DNA of 64,000 bases. It comes from a virus. Below are positions 1 through 10,050 of this stretch, in pieces. Under the pieces are notes generated by a model. It had not been told where the DNA came from. It searched no databases and saw only the letters and a program-made list of their open reading frames with translations. Numbering within the stretch: position 1 is the stretch's first letter; every line of letters starts with the position of its first letter. Position numbers and translations under genes: made by a program. The DNA is taken from the IMG/VR virus record IMGVR_UViG_3300047160_005727, positions 64,001 through 128,000 of that record; one strand, written 5' to 3'.

Positions 1-309
1 TCCTACGTTCAGGACGCGACCGTCGGTGACATCGACACCTATGCGACCGCAGACCTGCCGGCTGGTACGGCCACGGTCAAGTCCATTGCGGTGTGTAACT
101 ATGCGCGCAAGACCGATACCGGCTCTCGCACGATCGTTGCCGAGATCCGCTCCGGCGGTACGAACTACGCGCACACGATACCGATCCCGCTAGCTCAGAC
201 TTATGCGTATGGCTTCTCGAACTGGGGCATGAACCCATCAGGTGGCGGAGTGGCCTGGACTCCAACTTCCGTCAACGCACTCGAGGTGGGTCAGAAAGTC
301 AACAGTTAA
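1..309 (+). CDS. 5'-truncated virion structural protein (C-terminal part)
   Basis: Frame 1 is open from base 1 (SYVQDATVGDIDTY...WTPTSVNALEVGQKVNS*). Its TAA overlaps the next ATG, and the C-terminus resembles phage tail-associated beta-sandwich proteins. Confidence 0.6.
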   Translation, partial: SYVQDATVGDIDTYATADLPAGTATVKSIAVCNYARKTDTGSRTIVAEIRSGGTNYAHTIPIPLAQTYAYGFSNWGMNPSGGGVAWTPTSVNALEVGQKVNS

Positions 310-3300
310 TGCCAGACAAGGCCGGTGCACCCCCTGCTGGGACCAACTCGGTAAGTCAGACTGGCGCGCTCATCGTCAGTCAGGGGACCCCGGCTGCGCG
401 CGCAAGTCAGAAAGGTGCGCTTGTCGTCAGCCAGGGAACGCCGGCTGCACGTGCATCTTCTGCGGGTTTACTGGTCATCACCCCGTTCGTGAGCGCCAGC
501 ACACTGCCCGCGCATGTGAGTCAGACAGGTGTGCTCGTTGTCGATCAGGGAACGCCAGCAGCTCGTTCGAGCCAGACCGGTCTACTGGTCATCGTGCCAC
601 CCCCGCCTGTCACTGTCACAAAGGTACACGCGACCAGCACAGTGACGGCTGCACCTCCCACCATTGGGCCAGGTTATCACAGCATGTTCGCTACCTGGCT
701 GGGTGGCGGCGGCATGCGGACCATGGTCCTGGATACGACCCATACCACGGACACGTTGGCGGTTCACTGCTACGCTACGACCCATACCACCGACGTTCGC
801 ATATATCAGCCGGAGATCGTCACCCATCGCACCGATACGCTGTGCTTCCGCACGGTTCAGCTTCCCGAGTGGGTTCAAACGCTGTGCTGGCAGTCTGTGT
901 CCATAGCGCATCAAACCGACACCAAGCTCTGGGCTGCCATCGAGAAACCGCACAGCACCGATACCTGGATCACGCTGCTCGGCACTGTCGTCATCTTCCA
1001 TACCACTGACGTCGACTTCCACGGGTCCATGACCTGGACCCACGCGACTGACAGCTGGCTCTACCAGACGGTGCTCAAGACCCATAAGACCGACATCTGG
1101 CTCTACCAGTCGGTGCTCAAGACCCACAAGACCGACACCGCGGTCTACCAGACATCCAGCGTAGGTCACAAGACTGACAACTGGCGTTACCAGACGGTCC
1201 AGAAAGTTCATGCCACAGACATCTGGCTCTACCAGTCGGTTCTCACAACTCACAAGACCGATACGCGGGTCTATCAGACTGTCAGCCCGGCTCACAGCAC
1301 GGATACCAAGCTCTGGTGGGCGGCGTACAGGACCCATACCACCGATACCGACTTCAAAGGATCGGTAACAGTCGGGCATTCAACTGACACGCTTGTCATG
1401 AGTGCCACGCTGATCTCCTGGTGGAAGCTCGATGAAGTCGGTACCGGCCAGATCGCAGTTGACTACGGATATGCCGTTGCCAATGCGACTGATACTGCCG
1501 GCAACACGACTGACGCGAAGACAGCGCCGATCCACGCACCAACGACGTTCACCAACCCGCACTCCCGCGACTTCCCGAGCGCTACCGGTGCCGGCTTGAA
1601 TGCCGGACATCCGGCAGCGCACATGATCTACGACAACTTCACCGTGGCGTTCTGGTGCCGGCCCAGTTCGTTCTCAAGCGCGATGGGTGCTATCTCGCGG
1701 GCAGATATTACACCCAGCGCCATGGGAGGCTGGAGCTTCTACATATTCGGTACTGCTGATGGCGCCAATGTCGGCAAGGTCTCGTTCCGCGGCTTCAGTG
1801 CCAACAGTACCTACGAGCTGCTTACTGACAGCCCGATCACGGCCGGCGCCTGGACCCACATTACTGGTGTGCAGCGGTCACCTTATCACCGCTTCATCTA
1901 CGTCAATGGGATCAAGCAGTCCGGATCTGACAGCAACCCGTGGGGTATCCCCAACGCGAATACCCCGACGATCCTCGGCCAGTCTGCCGGTGCTGGGCCT
2001 TCCGGGCCTGGCATGCTGGGTACGGGCGGTCCTGGAACCATCACTGGAGTCGGCTACAACGGCGACCTCGATGATGCCCGCATCTACGCGGTCCCGCTCA
2101 CCGATGACCAGATCTATAGCCTGGGTCATGGCAATGATCCGTTCCTGGTCACGATCGTGACCCCGGCTCACATGACCGATACCGCCGTACAGACGTCGTT
2201 CACCAGGGCTCACAACACTGACATCCGGATCTACCAGACGGTCCAGAAGGCTCACAACACCGATATCCGGATCTACCAGACGGTAATGCTGGTGCACAGC
2301 ACCAACACCTACATCACGAAGCTGACTACCGTCCTGGTGCCGCACAACACCGATGTCAACCTCAAAGGCTCAGTGACCTGGAGTCACACGACTAACACAT
2401 ATATCACGCAGCTGATCCCTGAGACGATCGTTCACAACACCGACAGCGATCTCAAGGGCTCAGTGAGCTGGACTCATACTACAGACAGTCAGATCTACCA
2501 GACTGTCGAGGTCGATCACGCTACCGATGCGTTTCTCTTCCAGCTCGAAGCCGGCACCTACGTCGTGTGGCACGGCACGGATACCGACATCAAAGGATCG
2601 GTCATCGTTTCGCACACGACCGATGTGGACATCGCCAGTGATGTCGATCGAGAACACACCACTGATATCAAGCTCTGGCGCCAGGTCTTCCTGACCCACA
2701 CGACCGATGTCCGGGTCTACCAGACGGTACCCAAAACCCATCGTACAGATACCAAGCTCTGGCGAGAGGTGCTCAAGACCCACAACACCGACACACGGAT
2801 CTACCAGTCAGTATTCAAGCCCTTCACCACAGATACGCGGGTTTATAAGACCTTCAGCCAGGCCCACAAGACGGACATACGGATCTACCAGACAGGCAAC
2901 AAGGCCCACAATACCACCACGCTCGTGCGGCAGACGGTCTCGGAGGGCCATGGCACCGATACGCTCGTACGGCAGGTGTACTTCAACACTCACACGACCG
3001 ATGCCGTGAAGCAGCTGTCGGCATCCAAGGCCCATAACACTGACACGTTGATCCGTACGACGCGATCGGTGGCTCACAGCACAGATACCGCGATAGCTAA
3101 CCTCGTCCTGATCGCTCACAGGACTGACACCCTGGTTCGAGGTTCTCGAGCCTGGGTTCACAAGACTGACACCACGAAGTGGCGGTCCGTCCAGGTCGCG
3201 CATACAACTGATAGCTATAACCTGGCCAGGCCGATCGTGGCCCACACCACCGACACGGATGTGAAGGGTTCAATGAAACTGCCTAACTGGGTCCATACGC

Positions 3301-4238
3301 TGAAGCGCGGAACCTACCCCCGTGCCCACAACACGGACTCGGTGGTCTGCTACATCTACACCGTTCATCACACCACGGACATGCAGGTCATCGGCACCTG
3401 GTTCCGCGGCCACAAGACTGATACTGATATCGCCACAACCCAGTGGACGGCTCACGAGACCGACACGTCGACCTTGAAGGTGCCGGCAGCGTTGCACACG
3501 ACCGATATCATCAAGGTTCATCCCAGGAGCATCATTCACAGAACAAGCACGCTGACGGCGCAGCCGCCACTCAATGGACGCTGGGCATCGCAGCGGGTCG
3601 GAACTCGCTCACTGGCCCAGATGGCCTACAAGGAACGGCAGCAAGGCGACGCCACTTATCCGGTCGGGTTCTTGATGGTCACCGGCGGGCGGATCTCGCC
3701 AGTGCTCGGCGCCCATCCAACGGTCAAGCTGTTGCGGCCTGGCAGTACTGTTTGGGTACCGGCTAACGGCGCAGTTACCGAGTCGGATGACGGTACCGGC
3801 GACAGTCACGGATGGTACTTGCTGGCCGGCAATACCGACGATCGTCCGATGACCGGCGAGTACGTGCTGATGGCCAGCGCTCCAGGCGCCGAGACGACCT
3901 TCGTCAAGTTTGACGTCGTACTTCCCGATCCATTCGCGAATATCAGCCTCGGGCTGGATGAGCACTTTGCGATCGCTGACGTAACCCTTGGACGAGACTT
4001 CGCTTCTGCGGTTGGCTTTGTCGCCGTACGCTGCTTCCTCCAGGCAGCCCGAGCGCTCTTCTCCTGGACGACGACCTGGAAGTCGACACAGACTTCGATG
4101 ACCATAGCTGCTGAGAACAATACGACAGCGTGGCAGGCAACTGTGGTCACATCTGATCCGCCGCTGCTGCCAACCAGGGGTATGACTCCAGATCCTCCCC
4201 CGACTAAGGGGATAGACCCAGCAGAGCCGGAGCGATAG
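309..4238 (+). CDS. Long fibre-like virion protein: 15-aa H-x-T-D repeats flanking a LamG/ConA-like domain
   Basis: 1309 aa with about 46 H-x-T-[DN] repeats at ~15-aa spacing. LamG-like motifs (LISWWKLDE, FTVAFW, WTHITGV, IYVNG, YNGDLDDARIY) lie at ~1410-2130. Confidence 0.75.
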   Translation: MPDKAGAPPAGTNSVSQTGALIVSQGTPAARASQKGALVVSQGTPAARASSAGLLVITPFVSASTLPAHVSQTGVLVVDQGTPAARSSQTGLLVIVPPPPVTVTKVHATSTVTAAPPTIGPGYHSMFATWLGGGGMRTMVLDTTHTTDTLAVHCYATTHTTDVRIYQPEIVTHRTDTLCFRTVQLPEWVQTLCWQSVSIAHQTDTKLWAAIEKPHSTDTWITLLGTVVIFHTTDVDFHGSMTWTHATDSWLYQTVLKTHKTDIWLYQSVLKTHKTDTAVYQTSSVGHKTDNWRYQTVQKVHATDIWLYQSVLTTHKTDTRVYQTVSPAHSTDTKLWWAAYRTHTTDTDFKGSVTVGHSTDTLVMSATLISWWKLDEVGTGQIAVDYGYAVANATDTAGNTTDAKTAPIHAPTTFTNPHSRDFPSATGAGLNAGHPAAHMIYDNFTVAFWCRPSSFSSAMGAISRADITPSAMGGWSFYIFGTADGANVGKVSFRGFSANSTYELLTDSPITAGAWTHITGVQRSPYHRFIYVNGIKQSGSDSNPWGIPNANTPTILGQSAGAGPSGPGMLGTGGPGTITGVGYNGDLDDARIYAVPLTDDQIYSLGHGNDPFLVTIVTPAHMTDTAVQTSFTRAHNTDIRIYQTVQKAHNTDIRIYQTVMLVHSTNTYITKLTTVLVPHNTDVNLKGSVTWSHTTNTYITQLIPETIVHNTDSDLKGSVSWTHTTDSQIYQTVEVDHATDAFLFQLEAGTYVVWHGTDTDIKGSVIVSHTTDVDIASDVDREHTTDIKLWRQVFLTHTTDVRVYQTVPKTHRTDTKLWREVLKTHNTDTRIYQSVFKPFTTDTRVYKTFSQAHKTDIRIYQTGNKAHNTTTLVRQTVSEGHGTDTLVRQVYFNTHTTDAVKQLSASKAHNTDTLIRTTRSVAHSTDTAIANLVLIAHRTDTLVRGSRAWVHKTDTTKWRSVQVAHTTDSYNLARPIVAHTTDTDVKGSMKLPNWVHTLKRGTYPRAHNTDSVVCYIYTVHHTTDMQVIGTWFRGHKTDTDIATTQWTAHETDTSTLKVPAALHTTDIIKVHPRSIIHRTSTLTAQPPLNGRWASQRVGTRSLAQMAYKERQQGDATYPVGFLMVTGGRISPVLGAHPTVKLLRPGSTVWVPANGAVTESDDGTGDSHGWYLLAGNTDDRPMTGEYVLMASAPGAETTFVKFDVVLPDPFANISLGLDEHFAIADVTLGRDFASAVGFVAVRCFLQAARALFSWTTTWKSTQTSMTIAAENNTTAWQATVVTSDPPLLPTRGMTPDPPPTKGIDPAEPER
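741..1391 (+). repeat. First block of ~45-nt (15-aa) H-x-T-D coding repeats
   Basis: About 15 copies. Near-identical DNA units such as ctggctctaccag(a/t)cggtgctcaagaccca(t/c)aagaccgac occur at ~1055-1140. Confidence 0.85.
2169..3551 (+). repeat. Second block of ~45-nt (15-aa) H-x-T-D coding repeats
   Basis: About 31 copies, from HMTDT to HRTST. Confidence 0.85.
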
Positions 4239-4267
4239 GATCGAAACCGGCACGGAGGCTTTGTTCC

Positions 4268-5518
4268 ATGGCCTTTGAACCCTACACCAGAGTCAACTTC
4301 GGCCCGGTCAAGACCGGCCTGAAAACCATCGGTTACACGCTGGTAAAGGCCGGCAGGCCGATCGGCCCCCGTGTGACCCACGGGATCGAAGACCTGGGCG
4401 ACGGTCATTACGGGGCTGCGATCCTGTATCCCAGCCACTTCCGCGGCCAGCTCATCTGGGATACGGGCGGGCCTAGCCCGCAGACTATCGCCTTCGATGT
4501 CACGCCCGAGCAAGGTGCAGTCCAGATCGGGTCAGGCGCTGTCGTAAAGCGTGCTGCCCCGGTGTCTCGCCGGCCAGGGCCTCGAGTTCGGGTCAAGCAG
4601 CCACCCATCGTCTCGGCACACTCGCTGCTTGAGCCCTGCGAGACGCCGCCATCCGAGCCAGTTGTCGGCACGGTCGATACGATCCCTGTTACGCAGCGTA
4701 TTCGGACGGTCATCGTCAGCTCGAACCCGTGCCCGTCTGTTGCCTGGACAATGGTCGACTCCCAGGGCTGCCCGGTCGATCTGAGTTCGTGCTGTCCTGG
4801 CGCCCAGTGTCCAGTCCTGGGTACGCTCCGGGTCGGGCCTGACTGTCACAACTACTTCCTCGACTACTCGGCCAGTGCGTCCGACCCCGTGGCCGGGCTG
4901 ATGGTTGCCGATATCGATCCCGTGGCCCTGGGTGGGCCTGGGATCTACGTTGCTGAGATGGGCGTCTTCGATGCCGAGGGGACGTGTGTCGCCATCTCGA
5001 ACCGGTTCTTCCTGGTTGTCGAGAAGGGGCTCTTCGGTAACTTCCAGGCCAAGGGGCCACCTACCATCGCCGAGATCCGGCTGGAGCTGCGGGATAGCTC
5101 TCCCCTGGAAAGCGACCTGCTCGATGACTCGGTGGCCTGGGACAACTCCGAGATCGCGGCGGCACTGGTCAGTGCTGTCGACTACTGGAACGAGTCCTTG
5201 CCGCCGATCCCGCCCTATTACACCACCCAGAACTTCCCGTTCCGGTACTGGTGGAAGCAGGCGGCCAAGGCCATGCTCTTCCGGGTGGCTGCCGAATGGC
5301 ACCGCCGCAACCAAGTCGCCTATTCGGCCGGCGGCGTTTCGTTCGATGATCACGGCATGAAGGCCCAGCAGTATGACCAGGCAGCTGACAGCATCTGGGC
5401 CGAGTACAAGCAGTTCGTCAAGGAGCGGAAGATCTCGAACAACCTGGAGGCCGGCTGGGGCGAACTTGGCTCCGACTACGGCCGTATTTCTTATCCTGCC
5501 GGGGGCTACTGGTGGTAA
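4268..5518 (+). CDS. Putative head-tail adaptor/neck protein with N-terminal extension
   Basis: The helical C-terminal domain (PTIAEIRLELRD...DYWNESLPPI...YSAGGVSFDD) has the look of a connector protein. It lies upstream of the sheath, with SD ACGGAGG. Confidence 0.55.
   Translation: MAFEPYTRVNFGPVKTGLKTIGYTLVKAGRPIGPRVTHGIEDLGDGHYGAAILYPSHFRGQLIWDTGGPSPQTIAFDVTPEQGAVQIGSGAVVKRAAPVSRRPGPRVRVKQPPIVSAHSLLEPCETPPSEPVVGTVDTIPVTQRIRTVIVSSNPCPSVAWTMVDSQGCPVDLSSCCPGAQCPVLGTLRVGPDCHNYFLDYSASASDPVAGLMVADIDPVALGGPGIYVAEMGVFDAEGTCVAISNRFFLVVEKGLFGNFQAKGPPTIAEIRLELRDSSPLESDLLDDSVAWDNSEIAAALVSAVDYWNESLPPIPPYYTTQNFPFRYWWKQAAKAMLFRVAAEWHRRNQVAYSAGGVSFDDHGMKAQQYDQAADSIWAEYKQFVKERKISNNLEAGWGELGSDYGRISYPAGGYWW
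4688..4702. promoter_or_regulatory. 15-bp palindromic site, copy 1 (GTTACGCAGCGTATT)
   Basis: One of six RWTACGC-N-GCGTAWY copies; lies inside a CDS. Confidence 0.55.
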
Positions 5519-6423
5519 CGGACCTGACCAACTTCTATGACCGGGGGCCAGTCTTCAAGCGGCTGCGCATCGACCACATGGTGGCGGGCCAGAGCCGGCT
5601 GAGCTGGGAGATGGCACCCTGGTTCTGCGATCCGCTGCCCTGGGAGTTCTTGCCTCAGATCTCCGATACAGGCGTCGACACGTCAGTTTGGCGCGATCTT
5701 ACCGGCTGGCTGCCCAACTGGTTCACGATCATCGTCGGGCCGGTCCTGGAGGGGGGTCGCAACCTGACGACCAATTTCCGGGTTCTGTTGCGTACGCCGG
5801 CCGGGGAATACGCCTCGGAGCCTCAAAATGTCTTCGGCACATTACCCAGCAAGGGCTGGGTCCGGGCTCGTGTCATTGTCAAGAAAGAGCGGCTGCGGTT
5901 TCGTACGGCCACCGTCGTCAAGGGCTGGCTGCTCAAGCGGATGCGCACCGGCACGACGCCCGATCCGACTGATCCGCGTACCGCCGTCACCAACTATCTG
6001 ACTGGGGAGATCATCAAGACGGTTGATCCGGCCACGGTTGGTACCGAATACTTCGGCGGGTTCTATATGCCGGTGCCTTATGATCTGGATGCCGAGCCTA
6101 CCGGGCTTTACGAGCATCGCGATGAGCTGCAAGGGCGTGGCACCATCGATGATGACTCACTGGTCAGGCAGGCCCGCATCATCCATGACCCGCCGGTAGC
6201 TCACTGGGATGCCTTCGTGGCCGATCAGTCCGACCTGCGGTTTTACATTCACCGCGTAAGGCATCTTGCCGAGATCGCTTCCGTTCCGTTGGTGTCCCAG
6301 GCCGAGTTGCGGCTGGCACCATTCACCGATGTCATCTACACTGTGGAGGTTCCATTAACTCGTGAACAGTTCCGAGACCCCTGCGCCGCCCACCCCGAGC
6401 CCTACAAAGCCCGAGCGAGGTAA
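5512..6423 (+). CDS. Putative head-closure/neck protein
   Basis: 303 aa, between the adaptor and tail-terminator candidates, with a beta-rich C-terminus. Confidence 0.45.
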   Translation: MVTDLTNFYDRGPVFKRLRIDHMVAGQSRLSWEMAPWFCDPLPWEFLPQISDTGVDTSVWRDLTGWLPNWFTIIVGPVLEGGRNLTTNFRVLLRTPAGEYASEPQNVFGTLPSKGWVRARVIVKKERLRFRTATVVKGWLLKRMRTGTTPDPTDPRTAVTNYLTGEIIKTVDPATVGTEYFGGFYMPVPYDLDAEPTGLYEHRDELQGRGTIDDDSLVRQARIIHDPPVAHWDAFVADQSDLRFYIHRVRHLAEIASVPLVSQAELRLAPFTDVIYTVEVPLTREQFRDPCAAHPEPYKARAR

Positions 6424-6530
6424 GCGCATGTTGCCGCAAATGACTCCCCAGGACATGATGGACTATGAGCCGGACCCAGAACAGATCAACGTGATCCTGG
6501 GCCGACCCGCAGGCAGGGAAGCCAAAAGCA

Positions 6531-7220
6531 ATGGACGAGTACCCTTCCAACGGCGGTCCTGAGTTACGGGTCGAGCACTACTCGAACCCGTGCTCTTTCG
6601 GGCTTACGCCGATCCTGATGACCGGCTTCCTGCTTCAGTGGCTGGGCGATCACTTCTCGCGCCGCCAGAACGTCGAGCATCCAGAGCTGCGTGACATTCT
6701 CTGGAGAGCTAACACCAGAAATGGTATCCTGATCGCGAGCATTACCGACTGGGATCCCAAGGCGGTTGAGAAACGGCCCGGGATCATCATCAAGCGAAAC
6801 GCGTGGACGGCCGAGCGTCTTGCCATCGACGACCGGCTAACGCCCACTCCTGATGGCGATGAGCACTATTGCACTTTAATGCGTGGTTCTCACACCATCT
6901 TCTGTTTGGCTGGCGAGGGCGGTGAGGTCGAGATCCTCGGTGCCGAAGTGTTCCGGGAACTGCTGGGGTTCAGCTCCCTCATTCGACGCACGCTGAACCT
7001 GAACCGTTTTGGCGTCTCGGAATTAGGCCCCGTCAATGAGCTTCAAGAGGCGACGGAGAACTACGCCGTTCCGATCACCGTCGCGTACGCTTCCAGCTTG
7101 GCATGGACTCTTGAGCAGGATGTGCCCAAGCTGAAGCGGATAATGCTATCGGCGAACATATTTTCGTCAATGGATACTGGCGGCCGGCTTTGCGGGGTTT
7201 GCACCCCCGGAACCGGATAA
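6531..7220 (+). CDS. Putative tail terminator/completion protein
   Basis: 229 aa directly before the sheath; RPGIIIKR...YAVPITVAY pattern. Confidence 0.5.
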   Translation: MDEYPSNGGPELRVEHYSNPCSFGLTPILMTGFLLQWLGDHFSRRQNVEHPELRDILWRANTRNGILIASITDWDPKAVEKRPGIIIKRNAWTAERLAIDDRLTPTPDGDEHYCTLMRGSHTIFCLAGEGGEVEILGAEVFRELLGFSSLIRRTLNLNRFGVSELGPVNELQEATENYAVPITVAYASSLAWTLEQDVPKLKRIMLSANIFSSMDTGGRLCGVCTPGTG

Positions 7221-7268
7221 CAATGGACTGGACACAACCGTTCGACTGGCATGGAGGCACCGATAGCA

Positions 7269-10031
7269 ATGGCTTACATTCTGCCGCAAGTACTCGTGTT
7301 CCAGGAGTTCGATCTTGTCCCGATCGCCCTGCCGGACACGCTGCGGGCACACATTTCTGGAGCACATGCGTTCATGCTCCGGTATTCGGAGCCTAACGAG
7401 AAGCTCCTGGCCTACCTGGGCATGTATGATCCGCTCAATGATGCCATCAGCGAATGGCCCCAGCGGCCACCGGGTGGGATCGTCGATGCCAGCTACACCA
7501 AGGTTTACATCGACAACGCCAACCTTCAGTACTATCAGCGGCTTGTCCCTTCTCCTGCCGATCCTACTACCGCCGTGACGCCGGTCGGCAACAACAAGAT
7601 CCGCAGTGCTGACCAGGAGTACGGCTATGCGGCTAACGGCGTCAACTACCCACGCTTCCCTGAGCTGGGTGACCGTGATGTGCAGGTAGGTGATCGGGTG
7701 CACATCCGTGGTGTGGTCGGGACTGCAAACTATGACCTCGATACCTATGTCATGGGGATCGAGGCCGACCCGACCGGAGCATCCGTGGCCGAGCCGGAAT
7801 TCCCGGACAGCAACGGGAAGCAGCAGTCGGCTAGCGCGGTCGTCACCCCGACCGGTGTCACCAACTCGATCCTGCTCACGGTCGACAACAGCAACTACAG
7901 CGCCCTGGCCGATGGTGCGCTGGATGACACTTACAACATCGAAGTCACCCAGGCTTCGAGCGGCGGCAAGCTGGAGACCGCCCAGCTGCGGATCACCACG
8001 ACCAGTGGTAATGACGATGATCTGGTCGTGGTTCCGGCCGCGGCAGGTACGAGCTTCTCGGTGGGCAACCGTGGGTTGAAGCTGACGTTCGCTCACAGCA
8101 ATACGACTGATGATCTGCTGACCACCATGTCCTTCTCCGTGGAGGTCAAGTGTGCTTATGCGCCGGTCACTGCGGATAGCAGTACCAGCACCTATCGGGG
8201 CACCAAGTCGACGACCTACATCATCGAGTTCACCAGGGGCGGGCTGGTCAGCACTGACCATACGACCTGCCCGGCATTCACTGTCACCACCACACTGGGC
8301 GTCGATAGCAGTACCGCGCTGCCGGTTACTGATCTTACCTTGATCTATCCGGTCGGTACCCAGGGCGTGAAGGTCAAGTTCGGTGGCGCCGCGGACGGCA
8401 TCCGCAAGGGTGACAAGTTCACTATCGAAGTCGTCGCCGCACAGGATGGCCGCATCGCTGTACTTGTCCTGGCTCATAACCTGCCGGCAGACCTGGTGAC
8501 TCCGACACCAGTGGCCGATCTCGATCTGACTCTTTACGTGCAGCGGAACATCATGGTCGACGAGTCGGCCGACGGCTTCGTCAACTGGGAGCAGAACGAG
8601 ACCCAGATCCTCATTCACGGCGGGATCGTCGCTTATGACGAGACGTTCACCCTCGGCGGCGAGCCACGTCCCTTGCAGGTCATGTCCGGTGAGGTCTACG
8701 TTGAGTACCGAGCCTGGCTTTCCGATCTGGCCTCGAGTGTGGGCACGATCTACGACGTCGGCACCATCGACGACATGATCAGCGGACCGCTATCGCCCGA
8801 CAACCCGCTCAAGTGGGGCGTCTTCAAGGCGCTCTCCAACTCCAACGGCTCGGAGGTGAAGTTCACATCTGTGGCCAACCCCAATGAGATCGAGAGCTGG
8901 GTCTCGGTCCTGGAGCTGCTGATCGGCCGCAACGATGTGTACAACTTGGTGCCGCTGACCTTTGACCGTGAAGTCCTGGATCTGTACGCGGCCCATGTCA
9001 ACGATGAGTCGTCACCCGAGCAGGCACGCTGGCGCGCGGTTTGGGGGGCTATACAGGCCAAGACCACCGAAGCTGTCGTCTCCGATACGACTTCGACGAA
9101 TGGCCTGGTTGTCATGGCCGTCATCAACCCGAACAACGAAGCCTTTGAGACCTCGACCGAGAATACGCTGCTAACCGTGCCGGCCGGCAACTCTGCCTTC
9201 CTTGACAACCAGGTTCGGCCTGGCGACGTGGTGCGAACCAACTACGGTATCGACACCAGCGGCAACGAGACCTATGTCGAGTACGTCATCGACCAGGTGA
9301 TCAACGAGAACGCCGTTCTACTCATGTCTGGACCGCCGGACCCCATTACTACACCCCAGAAGATCGAAGTCTGGCGGTACATGAACAAGGACGAGATCGC
9401 CCAGGACCTGGCCATGCAGGCCGGCAGCTTTGCCAGCCGCCGGGTCAAGATGGTCTGGCCGGACGTGGTTGGCTCGGGCGGTGTACTCCAGGAAGGGTTT
9501 TACCTTGCAGCTGCCCTGGCTGGCTTGCGATCAGGTATCGTGCCGCAGCAGGGCATGACCAACCTCCAGGTCGCCGGCTTTGACGACCTTTCCCGCACCA
9601 CGAACTTCTTCGGCGGTGCCCAGCTCAACACCATGGCCGGTGCCGGTACCTGGATCGTGACCCAAGCTCCGGACGGGACGGTCTATACCCGGCACGCTCT
9701 GACTACGGACAACACCGACGTCAATTCAAGCGAAGAGATGATCACGACGAACCTGGACTCGATCTCTTATGTGTTCGCCAACCGGCTAGCACCATACATC
9801 GGCCTGATGAACGTCACCGACTCGGGCCTGATGATCCTGAGTACCGAGATCGACTCGTGCATCAACTTCCTGAAGTCCAACGGCTACGTAGCCCGGCTCG
9901 GCGGTCAGCTCGTCGATGCCACGGTCGTCAGCCTCCAACCCCACGCCATACTCCCGGACCGGGTGGTGTGCGTCATCGATGTCACGCTGCCTTATCCTCT
10001 TAACAACCTCGAAATTCACCTGGTCGTCTGA
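7269..10031 (+). CDS. Tail sheath protein
   Basis: ~920 aa starting MAYILPQVLVFQEF. The C-terminus (NLDSISY...YIG..NVT...DRVVCVIDVTLPYPLNNLEIHLVV) is typical of contractile sheaths. SD GGAGG at 7253. Confidence 0.85.
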   Translation: MAYILPQVLVFQEFDLVPIALPDTLRAHISGAHAFMLRYSEPNEKLLAYLGMYDPLNDAISEWPQRPPGGIVDASYTKVYIDNANLQYYQRLVPSPADPTTAVTPVGNNKIRSADQEYGYAANGVNYPRFPELGDRDVQVGDRVHIRGVVGTANYDLDTYVMGIEADPTGASVAEPEFPDSNGKQQSASAVVTPTGVTNSILLTVDNSNYSALADGALDDTYNIEVTQASSGGKLETAQLRITTTSGNDDDLVVVPAAAGTSFSVGNRGLKLTFAHSNTTDDLLTTMSFSVEVKCAYAPVTADSSTSTYRGTKSTTYIIEFTRGGLVSTDHTTCPAFTVTTTLGVDSSTALPVTDLTLIYPVGTQGVKVKFGGAADGIRKGDKFTIEVVAAQDGRIAVLVLAHNLPADLVTPTPVADLDLTLYVQRNIMVDESADGFVNWEQNETQILIHGGIVAYDETFTLGGEPRPLQVMSGEVYVEYRAWLSDLASSVGTIYDVGTIDDMISGPLSPDNPLKWGVFKALSNSNGSEVKFTSVANPNEIESWVSVLELLIGRNDVYNLVPLTFDREVLDLYAAHVNDESSPEQARWRAVWGAIQAKTTEAVVSDTTSTNGLVVMAVINPNNEAFETSTENTLLTVPAGNSAFLDNQVRPGDVVRTNYGIDTSGNETYVEYVIDQVINENAVLLMSGPPDPITTPQKIEVWRYMNKDEIAQDLAMQAGSFASRRVKMVWPDVVGSGGVLQEGFYLAAALAGLRSGIVPQQGMTNLQVAGFDDLSRTTNFFGGAQLNTMAGAGTWIVTQAPDGTVYTRHALTTDNTDVNSSEEMITTNLDSISYVFANRLAPYIGLMNVTDSGLMILSTEIDSCINFLKSNGYVARLGGQLVDATVVSLQPHAILPDRVVCVIDVTLPYPLNNLEIHLVV

Positions 10032-10050
10032 CACGGAGGTTTAGCCAGTC

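Noticed and set aside
741-3551. 45-nt periodic repeats as a CRISPR array or DGR template/variable pair
   Set aside because: They are in-frame coding repeats varying mainly at synonymous positions, with no unique spacers, no adenine-specific pattern noticed, and no RT or cas genes in the window.
6428-6562. 44-aa ORF between neck genes
   Set aside because: It fills the gap but has no clear SD or motif; too weak to call.
7167-8618. Long antisense ORFs (also 11698-13215, 31510-32853, 33880-34956 and others)
   Set aside because: They are shadows of high-GC3 sense genes, with V/D/R/H-rich translations and no motifs.
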